The translations under genes were made by a program, and so were the position numbers. A DNA stretch of 64,000 bases from Piedraia hortae CBS 480.64 (lineage: Eukaryota): positions 1 to 64,000 of the forward strand of contig MU005998.1 of NCBI GenBank assembly GCA_010093745.1. The letters run 5' to 3'. Positions 36,020-47,540 of this stretch are shown piece by piece (within the stretch, counting starts at the first letter, position 1; each line of letters begins with the position of its first letter). The notes under the pieces are model-generated. The model made no database searches. It was not told where the DNA came from and saw nothing but the letters and a program-made list of their open reading frames with translations.

Positions 36020-36640
36020 ACCTCGATCCCTGCTACAGTCGGCGCCATTTCCAACAGGGCACCTCAAAGGTCACCAACTTTGAAGCGACACAAGACAGCA
36101 CTGAAACATCGCAGGAACTTATAAACTAGTTCTAGTGATAGCTGCGGCCGTAGGGATTTACTACGTGCTCTTTTTATGTGTTTCTCATCGATTCTGCAAT
36201 GCTGAGTGGCTCTTGAAGATAGCCATCAATAAATCTCGAACTTTGATCCGCGATGGCACGGCAACGCGATAAGATACACGCTTGAAATCACAATACGTAG
36301 TAGCTACGGCCTCAAGAGGTTGTATGAACTTGATTTTGAGTCGTTAATGTCATCGCGCTTGATGCTAATGGCCGTCAAGCTCCTTTCAGCCTCGAGCCAT
36401 GTGACGCCACCAGTAGGCAGCCCAAAGACATGTAAATTGATGAGTAGACCATCTACAACTCTACGCATCAGTCCCACTTTGTTTCGCCACCGATCTGTCG
36501 ATTGTCAGCGACGAGTGGCCTTCGCGGGTTGATTTGGCTGTTTGCGATGATTTGGCTGGGGTTTACAGCCAGCCCCGCACATTAGTGAATAAGCATTTAT
36601 GTAACTTTGAATCACTAGTGAATTAGTTGAAGGATATGTC
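36020..36640 (+). repeat. Left arm of long inverted repeat
   Basis: 36020-36378 matches the reverse complement of 39718-40068 (e.g. CTAGTTCTAGTGATAGC, TAATGTCATCGCGCTTGATG); weaker similarity continues inward. Confidence 0.85.
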
Positions 36641-36777
36641 ACGTGATGACCATGAACAACGTCCCCTCATGTATGCTATTCTAATAAGCAGCGGCACCTC
36701 ACAAGTGAGGTGCGGTTCGAAACCTTCTCCACACTACCTCAGTCTAGCCGCATTCGCCAGGACAACGTCATCGAAAC

Positions 36778-38064
36778 ATGCAAGAACATGAACGAGACGA
36801 TGACCTGTCCCAGGAGAAACTTCCTCCAGAGAGGTTAAAATGCTGAGAAGCCTCGACCTCTATCCATGCTGGCAGAGGCGACCTGGCTGTATACTGCATG
36901 AGAGGGTTTACCGTCTCACACTCACCGCCAGACTTTCGTCCACTCCGAGTTTGTGCCATTGCCGCGTTGATATATGTACAGCAAATAGAGAGTGGATGTT
37001 GGGGAGGGAAACAGCGAGCGCATCTAAGGTGCGCAGTTCATGACGGGAAGACTCCGCATGACGGAACGTTTCCGACGTACAATCAGCTAGTTGAAGAGGT
37101 GGTGTTTGGATACATCGACATACCCCAGGTTTTCGAAGTAGAGTTTCCCACACATATTTTTTCCGGCATATACAATTCTAGTTATTATTTCAAGGTTCAC
37201 CACATAATATACTATGCGTCCGAAAGAATAATCGCGAAAGTGCTTCCTTTGCCATGGTTCCACTGAGGATGGGACTGGTTCTCAAAAGCAAGAAACGTCG
37301 TTGAACACCAAGGCAAAGTTTGGAAAGCATCTTTTCCGCGACAATCATGTAAGAACTGTGGCACAGGTGAAGTTTTTCGAACTGAATTCAGGCACAACAG
37401 TGTTAGACTACCTCTATAACGACCTTCCGACGTTCTACAGAGAATCGACGAAGGTGCAGTGTGAATCAGAGGTATTGTCTAAGGCATCTCTATCTTCTGC
37501 GGTCGAGCGGCGAGGAGCCGCGCTTGAACCTTAGTTATACATCACCTATTCCAAGACACATAGAGGTACGAAAGGAAGACCTCGAACGATACCAAGCATA
37601 CCTGGACTGGGAGCAGAGATACAAAGTAGAAGAAGCCCGGCGTATTTACCTTGATTCGTCCGGGATGCGAGCCCGAGCGTCACCCATGCAAAAAACCAAC
37701 TTGCAGTCGCGAGTCCATCCTATGCAATCAGTCGTACCAATCGCGAGGATGATGTGGCAGAGTTTGATCTGTTTGAAGACACAGACATGCTGGAGGACGA
37801 CAACGAGCAGTGTGCTGTTGTTGAGGGGCAATAGTGCAAGAAGACGAGCATATGGCCAACTCTCTTGAGGTCGGCACATTTTCTGCAAAGGCGAACCGCA
37901 ACAACGATAATGAGGAAGTTGCCTACGATAGCAATGACGACGACCTTGCAGTGGATCCTGTAAATGAAGGACTACTTATCGAGAATGACGCTGCTGAAGT
38001 ATGTTACGGCGAGACTGTGTGTGCGAGGGACGACCCGCGCCGCCTAAGCGCACAGGGAATTTGA
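36778..38064 (+). pseudogene. Orphan family X, copy 1 (frameshifted, acidic C-terminus)
   Basis: Chain of short same-strand ORFs. The 5' part matches the reverse complement of 49580-49800 and an internal part matches 26200-26515. Confidence 0.55.
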
Positions 38065-38789
38065 TACACCGACGCGCCCTGCTAGTTATTCATAGCTACG
38101 CTTGCTACCACGCACGAATTAACGGCGCTTCTGGATTGGTTTATAACATCCTAGCTTCCCAGTAGATAGGAGTCTGGATTGTCCTCGTTGTTGGGACTTG
38201 TTGGACCTTTTCCTCTGAGCACCGTAACAAAGTAAGTGTTCGCGACCGCCGTGGTTTGCCCTGGCGATGAATCCGAGGACAGTGATTCCCCCGAATATGA
38301 AGAATAGAACGATTCTACGGGGAAGACCAACCCAAACCAGCCACATTATGCTATCTCCTCTCGCTTCGCACCGCCCAATCCCCTTCTTGTATCGGGGCCG
38401 AAGCATAACTGGTCCCCATTTGATTCCCAGGTGAGCGCCCTATTGTTTGCCTACTACAGTTCCACAACTGCCTCAGTCAGCGATAAAGGGATGCAATTCA
38501 CACTAGATTTGATCAAGTTAATAATTCTTGATGCAATCAACAACAATGGGACACCTCCTCAACTGCCACTACCCAGCCTAGCAAATTGAAGAGATGTAGA
38601 AGTGTAATCCCAACGCCAGAGGGTTCAGCAACGCGAGACTCCAGCGGGGCTATCATTTTACCAGATAAGTCTTATCGATTCTCTGCGCATGGAGGCCTGT
38701 AGACCTGGAATGGCACTGGTCCAATATCCCGGAGTGACTTCCTCAGAGCCCACTACAGAGGGTGACGAGCAGGAGGCCTGTTCGGAGAT

Positions 38790-39338
38790 GTGGCACGGTT
38801 AAAAGTGGCGATTGGAATGTCAGTTAATCCGACGAATGGACACCTTGAATTTGGCGAAGGGCGCCAGGCTGTCTGGGTGGGGGACATTTTGGAACTGTCT
38901 AACAGCGAACATGCCATCTCCTATGGCTGTGAGGTCCATACCGCAGAGGATAGCTGCGATATGATAATACGTTGCACCAACCTAAGCAGGCAGGAACACA
39001 TGACTTCAACGATCACATTTTCACTGCCGGTGATTCATGCTACCATGCTTCTTATCTATAAAAACGGCATCAGGAAGGCTCGACCTGTCTTTCATTACAA
39101 TTTAATTACCGAAGATGGGAGCCAGGTGTCTAGAGGCCTCCAAGAGTTCTTTGATATCTCCCACCACGCCCGTGATCTGAGTTTGCCTGTTGATCCAGTC
39201 AACATTAGGTTCTTGGCAGGCGGCACAAGCGGCGTGAGGAGCTCTCGGTGGGCGCCTGTGCAGATACTCAAGGCTACCTTGGCCGGGAGGGCGAGCCAAT
39301 TGAGGGATCACTCTAAGGCTCAAGGAAATGGATTTTGA
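38790..39338 (+). pseudogene. Unknown 182-codon open frame, probably a 5'-decayed gene
   Basis: Long open frame with protein-like composition, GTG start, upstream frame interrupted by stops; no family recognised. Confidence 0.3.
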
Positions 39339-39584
39339 ACGGTTATATGTTGAGCATGAGGAATGTGCCGGCTACCCAATAGTCTTGTCTTGCGGTCGGG
39401 AGGCATTGTGAAATTTTTGAGCGAAGCCAATCACGCCTTAGTTTTGTGAAAGTAATGAAGTTCGTTACATCCGTTGACTAGATTGGATGGGGCGGGTGTG
39501 CTTCAGTGAGAAAGCTATATAGGCCAGTAGCGCCTAAATATGGTTGAACCGTATGCAGAGTGTGTAAAGAAAGAATAGTGCACA

Positions 39585-40068
39585 GTAGTGTGGGGAATTT
39601 GGATGAGATGTCACCCCACCTTGTACGCTATCCCCGCAATAGTAAACTAGTGGCGCAATATTGTGCGGGGTTAGCTGTGTTGACTCCGCGACCAAAAAAC
39701 ATGAGCTCAATCGAGGTCGAACGACCATTAACATCAAGCGCGATGACATTAGTGACTCAGATTGCGGTCCATGCAACTTTTTGAGGTTGCCGCTATCACA
39801 TACTGTAGTCACAAATGTATATCAGCTCGCACTGCTGTGTCATTGCGATTCAAAATTCCAGGTTTTGCGAGGTTCGTCTTCAAGAGCCAACTATCGATGC
39901 GTAATTGATTATAAACACAAAAAATAATCATGTAGTAAGTCTCTACGGTCATGGCTATCACTAGAACTAGCTTATAAGCTTATGCGATGCTCCAGTGTTG
40001 TTTTGTGCCGTTTCAGAGTTGGCGACTTTTGAGGTGTCCGTTGAGAAGTTGTACCGACTGTATAGGGT
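39585..40068 (-). repeat. Right arm of long inverted repeat
   Basis: Reverse complement aligns with 36020-36378 and, with gaps, up to the CCACACTAC motif at ~36730. Confidence 0.85.
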
Positions 40069-40257
40069 AGTCAAGGCCAGGACAGGCAACAGAAGAAGAC
40101 AAGAATTATCGCAAAGCCATGACAAAGGATCTGGGCACGCATAAGTGCCAAGCACACATGCATGCAACCCAACCCACTTTAGGCCGGAAGCAGGCAGAAT
40201 GGAGCGTAATTCCCAAAGGAACGGTAGCCATGATACTAGTGAACTTGTGCCAACTAT

Positions 40258-40975
40258 CTAGCTAACATCTTCTAGCATCTGCGCCCCCATATTCATTGCA
40301 ATACAGTCCTTGGGGAACGACTTATAAGGCAGATCGAGGAAGATCTGCCAAACACCTTTTTCCCCGTCACCGGACACGCCTGCCAAGTCTAATTCTCGGG
40401 CCCAAACACTCCACCGTCCTGGTAATCTTGTCCAGTGACATATGGCAAATTTAACAAGACATTATTAGCAGATTTGTAGGTTTCCCGCCGGCCGATGTAT
40501 ACGTCAGTGCGCCGTCCGTCTGCATGTAACTTATGCGGATTTGACTGTTACTGGGTCACATGGCCCAGATTGGTCTGGTAGAATGCGGTCTTGTTATCCA
40601 CACACGTGCAGACTTCATTGGCACAGTTTTTCGACGCATCCAAGCCAATGTAAAAGTGGCCTTCCGACGCTCCGACCAGTTTTGTGTATACGGGCGTTCC
40701 ACGCCGCACGGCGAAAATGTAATGAATATGTAATAGTCGTCTGTCGAGAGCCGGTATAATATTGTCTGAAAATTTACGCAGCTGAGTCCTCGTTAGGTGG
40801 TGGATTTTAGGTTAGAGTAGGTAGTCGGCTGACTAGTGAGAGAGTGGGTTGAGACGGCCGTAGTTGCATGCCTTGCTTTTAGTCCCGATTATGGTGGGAC
40901 ACACCCACGTAGGGCTGTTTGTATTACACGTCCATTTGGTTGGGTCATAAAGATCTCTAGTGGTAATCACCAGCT
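40258..40975 (-). pseudogene. CBM52 + IgE-binding-protein-like secreted gene, copy B (decayed)
   Basis: LYDPTKWTC...VCP...AC, intron GTCAGC...CTAAC...CAG, ASEGHFYIG, YMQTDGALTYT, WQACP, WQIFLDLPYKSFPKDCIA across several frames. Confidence 0.75.
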
Positions 40976-41736
40976 CGAATTTTAGTAAACCTGTCCGGCC
41001 CCAGGTAAATCGCAATACAAATTTTGGGGAACGACTTATACGGCAAATCCAGAAAGATCTGCCTAACAACTTTCTTCCCTTTAACTGGACACGCCTGTCA
41101 AGTTCAATTGTCTGACTAAAACAGCCCACCGCCTTTATATTCCTGGTCCACCACATATGGTGGGGCATCAATGGCATAATAGTCGCCTCCAAAGCCACCT
41201 ATCAACATGTTTGTATAGTTCCCACCGGCCTCCGTGTACACCACTGCGCCGTCGGTCTGCACATATATGAGCTGTGATTGGCTTACGGTGCCCAGGATAC
41301 TCCGGGCATAAATGGTGTTGTTGTTCAGACAATGGCCAGCGGACGCTGGGCAGTAAGTGACCGCTTGAATACCAATATACAAGTGCCCTTGTGATGCTTC
41401 CACTAACCTTCCGTCAATCTGTGTTCCGGGTCGTAAGGCTTTGATCGTCCAGTCCCATGTTGTCATACGTTGCCTGTGCATCGTTGAGGCAGCTAGTGCA
41501 TTGTTAGGTGTAGATATGTTTGGAGGACCGGGAGTGACTGACTAGGTATGCAGCGGATAGATACACTGCTTGCCGCATGGGATATCTTTGATGCTGAGCT
41601 TGATAGGGCAGATTAGCGGGGCGCTGTCTGGCCAACACGCAAAAATGGAAGGGTCATAGTGCAATTCGCCGCACGTACTCAGCATGGCGGCCGCGACGCC
41701 TGTCAGAGTCGTAACAAGGAGGGATATAACGTGCAT
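40976..41736 (-). pseudogene. CBM52 + IgE-binding-protein-like secreted gene, copy A (frameshifted)
   Basis: Signal peptide MHVISLLVTTLTGVAAA, CG..HYDP..FAC...ICP...PCG.QC, intron GTCAGT...CTAAC...TAG, then ASQGHLYIG...YCP...QLIYVQTDGAVVYT...QACP...QIFLDLPYKSFPKICIA. Confidence 0.78.
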
Positions 41737-42149
41737 GACGGATGAGTCTTGAGGGTCACCTTTCCAAGTCTTTAGCTGGGGAAAAGGTGTGCATTAGATT
41801 ACTATATAGCGTGACCAAGTCGTCTTTCAATACAAAGAGCTCGGGAAACGAGGCTCGGCGGGCTTGCCCGCAGAAAGGTGGTTCACCTCGTAAAGAGAAG
41901 GCATTAGTGGCGTTTATATGGTGCTGCTGCCAGAGGTTGGCGACCATGACTGCAGACGCCGCTTGCACCTCATGCATGCTACTTTGAGTATGGCGAACAC
42001 CTTGAGAGCTTCGATCCGTCAGAAGATACAAAGCTATGCGGCCTGTTGCGAATCTGAGTGGGAAGCCTTTTGCCGGAGATAAGCCATCGACAGCCCCGAC
42101 AGAGAAAGAGTTTCTCTTGTTGGATTTTCATTCCAAGATAGCGAAACTG

Positions 42150-42870
42150 ATCTAACCTGATGCTCTCAGCTAGTCTCATTCTAGGGATAGAAAAGGTTCC
42201 TGGCACATGTTATTCTCCACCGAGTTTATTGATGTAATCTGCCTCGGATCCGTAGCGGCTGCCCAACATTGTACCCCTACCCGTCCATCAGCTTCATGGT
42301 ATCGATTTGAGACGGGTCAGGACTTCAGGTTCTGACTGGTTGTAGGCCATACTCAGGTTCATTGCCGCAAATATCAGCGCACTGGCAATCTTATAGTCTT
42401 GTTGTCGCTGAAGAAAGGCATAGCTCTGGGCTGCGGAACGGTGAAGTGCAATCGCCGGCGGGATTACCGATGGAGGTAGTCTCATCTTGTCAGCCCACTG
42501 TATAAGCTCAGTCCCTGCCTCGTTGAATTTGCATTGGTCAATGTTGAGAGAGCCCTTGGCAAAATTGCGGAGAAGGACAATGAGCTTTCCCAGGTCAGAG
42601 CGGTTACATTTCGCGCCTGCATCATATAATCGCGTTAAGGAAATTTTCCTGATAGAAGGCTGCGCAAAATGATATTGGCTACAGCAATGGCCAGCTCTAG
42701 GTTTCCGCTGAAAACGGGGAAGTTGCAGGGCCATGTCAAAAAGCTCTTGGATATCCCAATCTGTGCACCTGCGAGAAACGAATCCACTCGCACACTTTCA
42801 TTTTTTCGTCATCTTTATGTATCATTTTCTGCGGTGCTCCAACTTCTAGATCAAACGTGGTTTAATTAGG
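42150..42870 (-). pseudogene. Pseudogene of the TFIIB-like multi-cyclin-repeat family
   Basis: QELFDMAL and ADKMRLPPSVIPPAIALHRSAAQSYAF...IASALIFAAMNL align with KELFDKAL and AQVMKLSRDVLPLAMDLYSRAAESSAF...TASALILAASNL of 44804-45853. Stops and frameshifts present. Confidence 0.75.
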
Positions 42871-43579
42871 TATAGTGGCGGAACTGCTTGATTTGTCCAT
42901 TGGTGAGATTGTGGTTTAGTCAGTTGTAGATATTTGGTTTGACGGAACCCGTAATATTGCCTTGGTCGACCAGTCCACGCCACGGTAAGACTGGTGGATC
43001 AAAACGATTCACTCATCTAAGTGTGATTCGTTCAGAGATTTTGTCCGCTAGTCTTAGTGAAGCTGTGCTGAGAGGGCTCTGACTGCATTCATTCATTCAT
43101 ACGACGCATCCTATCTGAGGGAGCAGTGGTCACTATCGCGTGCATGGCTGCTGTTTGAGTTGATGGACACTGTCAGGTCAATCTGCTTAGCGCGTTGTCA
43201 TTCCGGGGTGCCCGGAAGCTGGAAGATATATGTATCTGAGGAGGTCATGTATGACATAGCGTCAGGTAAGTTGAGAAAGAGTCTATCCCGTTCGTGATCC
43301 ACAGATCTGGGGCCACCCTCTGTCAACAGGGCACATAATCCATGATTCTCAAGTTTAGACTGCTTGAAAATATAATTGAACAGAGGAAAACGACAGGCTT
43401 CGGGTCCAAATTGGCTCATCAACTGTAAAAGAAATGGATGCGTAAAATCGACGACTTTCTGCCGCCTACAGATGCACATCGGAGAATGTTCCATGGTTAT
43501 ACCACATTTACCTCATCCCACGCGCCATCTGAAGTAGGGTGCCTGCCTGTCGTGGGATGTTTTATCTGTTGCGATTGGG

Positions 43580-43925
43580 CTCGCGTGGGTGAGAGTGCGC
43601 AGCGGCCCGAAGAGGACGAAGCGATAGACGGAAACAGGGGCAGGACAGATAATGATGGATATGAGTCAATACCAGTGTCGATATGACAGTGTGAATGACT
43701 ATCTATCTCTATGAGGGGACGTCAGAGTGAATATTCTGTACCGGTGGGCCGGTGACGTCACGTCGTACACTAGCAGGGCGCATTCACCATGTCACATACG
43801 ACATGACCCTGGGAAAACCTCTGTGAGGGGAAAACCTAGGGTGCAGCTGGTAGTGTAGGTGGTATCGCTGACTTCCTATGCAAGTGCCCCGCATACGCGC
43901 TAGCGGCGATGCTTGAATCCAACAT
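43580..43925 (+). repeat. Dispersed repeat family A, copy 2
   Basis: Homologous to 23935-24480 without the 148-bp insert. Confidence 0.9.
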
Positions 43926-44803
43926 TATCCCGCAATAGGCGGATGCGTCGGCTAATCTCTGGCTGTCCACCCACCTGGGTAGGTGTTCAAAGTAGGTTAG
44001 TAACCTGGTGGGGCAGTGGGCTTTAACCATTGAACTACTGTTCGTGGGTTCGAATGTGATAAGCCAAGACTGCCGTTGCCCAAGTTTCAATGGTCCGGAC
44101 CACCCCTCAGTAGTCGAAACGACTGGTTCTATACACTGAACCGTCACGAAAAGGGATATGGGAAGGAGAGGGCTAACAGATTCCTGGGTGCGCGACATTA
44201 GCGGATCGCACCCGGATTTTTAGGCTAAATAAAAGACAAAGACCTCTACCCCGAATTTTGTCAACTCTGCGCGTTTTTGTTTTTTCCGCCCAACCTCTTG
44301 TAACCTTTGTCAACACAAACAATAACATGCGCTCATATCTCCATATAAAAAGGCGAACGAGCTCTCCAGTCTGATATAGGGACTTTCTCCGCTGAATGTC
44401 TCGTTCTGACTCTGCAAAGGCAATGATAAGGAGATGCCATTGCTTTTGGGTGCAATCTTACAGATTGAGGAGAGAAAAAAACTTCTATAGAACTCAAAAG
44501 CACCGCCATGTATATGTCATTTGCACATGGTACCCTTAGAAATTTCTAATGCAGGCATTGTATGCTTCAGATTCCCACTATATCTACCCTGAAAATCCTT
44601 GACCCCGTCTGGGTGAATGGTTGCCTTAGAGACAGTCTCACAACAGTCCCACGCTCTCGTCAAACACGTTCACACGGTCTAGGTAATGGCAACGACATGC
44701 CGCGTTGTTATGGTGCTATGTCGTTTAATAGCATCAATCCTAATCTCTTCAACACACCCCCCGCCAAGCCACAGAAGATACCTCAGCGTATCTGCAGCTT
44801 AAA

Positions 44804-45853
44804 ATGTCCGAGCAACAGCCTATCTCGATCCTTTCGGAAGACGTCGCAGCTTCTGGTGAGGTAACCAAATCAAGAGTAGCTGAAGTACGCCCAAACACCA
44901 ACAACACGGCGACCCCAGAAGGCGTACCCAATGCCACGCAAGCCGGCTACGCGCAGATCGAACACCTGAAGCGGGTCATGCGCCTGAGCGACCAACGTGT
45001 TGCCAAATCCAAGGAATTGTTTGACAAAGCCCTGAAGACTTTGAAGATCCAGGGGAAGTCCCCGGAGGGTGTTGCAAGCGCCGCCGTGATCTTAACCCTT
45101 CGTCAGACGGGTGATGGCCGTACCCAGCTAAAGCTCGAGAAGCTGGTGACCAATGTAACTCATGTCCACTTGCGTCAGAGCATCATGTTGCTTCGTGACG
45201 TTGCTGTAGAACAGGGCGAGATCGACCCCGAAAAACTCGCCTCCGCTCACGATAAATTGACTCGTCAGGCGCAGGTTATGAAGCTGTCACGCGATGTACT
45301 TCCCCTGGCCATGGACCTCTACAGTCGCGCTGCAGAGAGCAGCGCCTTCAAGAGCAAGAAAACCGAGCTCATCACCGCCAGTGCTCTGATCCTCGCGGCT
45401 TCAAACCTCGAGGCGGGCTTCACCCAGCCTCATTTGGAAAAAGCGTCTGGACTCAAGCCTAAAGCCCTGCGTGCCTGCGTGACAATGCTTGAGGAAGTCA
45501 CCGGTACCAAAAGACAGTCTCGCAATGAGCCATCTCTTTGTCGCCGGTACTGCGAGACGCTTGAACTGAGCCAATTGACGACACAGGTTGCGGTGCACCT
45601 GGCAGAGCGTGTTAAAGAAGTTGACATGGGCGGTCGCCGTCCCAGTGCATGTGCCTTGGCCCTTGTGTACATTGCCTCTTTTTTGATGGATGAGTTGCTC
45701 TCAATCTCGCAGCTGACCGGGCTCGATGGTGCGCCATCTGCGTCAACGATTAAAGATGCTTACAATGCACTACGCCCCGGTCTGGATACATTTATGACAG
45801 ATATTGAGGTGGAGACTGTCAATAATGTACGTGATCTCGCTGACTCCATTTGA
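44804..45853 (+). CDS. Divergent TFIIB-like protein: three cyclin-fold repeats, no zinc ribbon
   Basis: Intact 349-aa ORF with AAAATGT start. Repeats at aa ~46-132, ~146-231 and ~243-324 resemble TFIIB core repeats (GKSPEGVASAAV...RT; LCRRYC..L.L; GRRPSACALALVYIAS; STIKDAY). Confidence 0.8.
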   Translation: MSEQQPISILSEDVAASGEVTKSRVAEVRPNTNNTATPEGVPNATQAGYAQIEHLKRVMRLSDQRVAKSKELFDKALKTLKIQGKSPEGVASAAVILTLRQTGDGRTQLKLEKLVTNVTHVHLRQSIMLLRDVAVEQGEIDPEKLASAHDKLTRQAQVMKLSRDVLPLAMDLYSRAAESSAFKSKKTELITASALILAASNLEAGFTQPHLEKASGLKPKALRACVTMLEEVTGTKRQSRNEPSLCRRYCETLELSQLTTQVAVHLAERVKEVDMGGRRPSACALALVYIASFLMDELLSISQLTGLDGAPSASTIKDAYNALRPGLDTFMTDIEVETVNNVRDLADSI

Positions 45854-46675
45854 GGTAGGCGTAGCTGTATTATCGTAGTCGTATCAATTGTGCCGATTCA
45901 ATCGCGACTGACCGAATACATCCCATTTCTTGATTGCTACTGGACTTCAACAACGACATGAAGCCATCTGGAACTCTAGGTACAGGTTGGGGTTGTAATG
46001 CCATCGTCGTCCAACCTCGAGTGTCTTTGCGCAAACACACTAATGAAGCTAGCACATGGTATAAGTAAAGACGGGCTTGACATTGATGGCTATTGCGTCC
46101 ATCAAACCAGCCTGCAGAGTGGCATGTCGTCCGATCTTGAGGCATTTCACCAAGGGATCAACGGTTTTTGAAACCACCAACGGCGAAAACTGTATATAGA
46201 CGCGATTGCATTTACGTCTCAACGACCTAGTCTCGGTTACGATGCCGAAAATAGAGACAATTCCCTCTTTGGAATACCTCAATACACGCAAACGAGAAAC
46301 TAGGTAGTATCTCGTTGGCCGCAGGGTACCTACCCTGCGGCCGACTTCCCGAAAGTTAAATTTATTGAGCATGCATTTTTCCCGGACTCGTGTTCGCGCA
46401 GTGCTTTCTACCAGGAGACTACGATGTAACATTGATAGCAACGAGCAAATATGGTCTTCGAATCACAATACGCGTCGTTCCAGACTCACTGTGTCATCGC
46501 TCTGGTGTTCAACAACATAACAACGCACACGTGCATGCGCATGCGCATGCGTTTACAAGCGCTACTCGCTGTGCAGAACGCTTCTGGTCATCTTTTCCGA
46601 AGGGGCATCTATTCACCAACACGCAGCGACGCTGCAGATACCATATCCTTTCCTCTGCTCTCATTCAAAATCAAG

Positions 46676-47516
46676 ATGAGCTTCTTTGATCTGCGCGGGT
46701 ATCTAGAGGAGTATATGCTGAGCAATCAGTGCGCTTACGACCTTGTGTCCTTGAGTTTTGCTGACTGATCAGGAATCATCGGACGACGAAGACGTCGGGG
46801 TTTATCTGAACAAGGGCGCTCAAGGATATTAGATTAATGGCGCGGTTGATAGCACTGGCGGCAGCCAGAATACTGTACCAGCCCGAGTCACCGAAGAAGC
46901 CAGCACCACAGGAAGTCAGATCCACGAGACAGTAGGCACTGCAGAAGGTCAGGTCCACAAAGCAGACTTCACTGCAGAAGACCAGTCCACCGCAGTAGGC
47001 CAGAACACCAAGGAATTGATGCCTCCACTCAAGTTTCACTCCGACAACCTGGGCGACCAGTTGCAAGCCCTCGACGAGCTGCTTCCAGCCATGCGTGAGG
47101 GCCGTCCGTTGGCCAAGAGCACCATCCCACGCTTGATTGAGTTCATCAGGTTCCCAAAGAAGACTCTCCAATGCAAGGCGCTTGCCGCCATCGCCCTCAT
47201 GGCGCCTCATGTACAGGGTGATCTGATTGCTGCCGGTGCCGCTTCGGCGCTCAAGAATTCCATTCTTGCCGCGCCTATCCTCAGCTAGCACGCAGCCGAG
47301 ATCCTAGCCATGCTGGCTGGTGGCGGTACAACCTGTCGTCATGCTGTCATAGCGGCCAATGTGCTCAGGCCTATCAACCTCACGGACTTGCTGTTCCTTC
47401 CATCGCTCGAGACACAGCGTGCGGTGGCTCTCCTCTTCCGCAACGTCTGTCACTACGAATACGTTATTATCTTGTGCGTCTATTATTGGGATGTGATGAG
47501 AGATGTATCCCCCTAG
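46676..47516 (+). pseudogene. Divergent importin-alpha (armadillo repeat) fragment
   Basis: FHSDNLGDQLQA...IPRLIEFIRFP..TLQCKALAAIA...AAGA..AL...*HAAEILAMLAGGGTTCRHAVIAANVLRP...QRAVALLFRNVC resembles ARM1-4 of Srp1/Kap60. In-frame TAG at 47286-47288; truncated. Confidence 0.65.
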
Positions 47517-47540
47517 TACATCTGGAAATGTCCAATAAAT

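Noticed and set aside
36690..36740. tRNA gene suggested by GGTTCGAAACC
   Set aside because: No acceptor stem, D-arm/A-box or anticodon arm could be folded.
44189..44332. Segment ending AATAACA flanked by TGCGC direct repeats
   Set aside because: No empty-site comparison and no TG start; a 5-mer match at this distance is easily chance.
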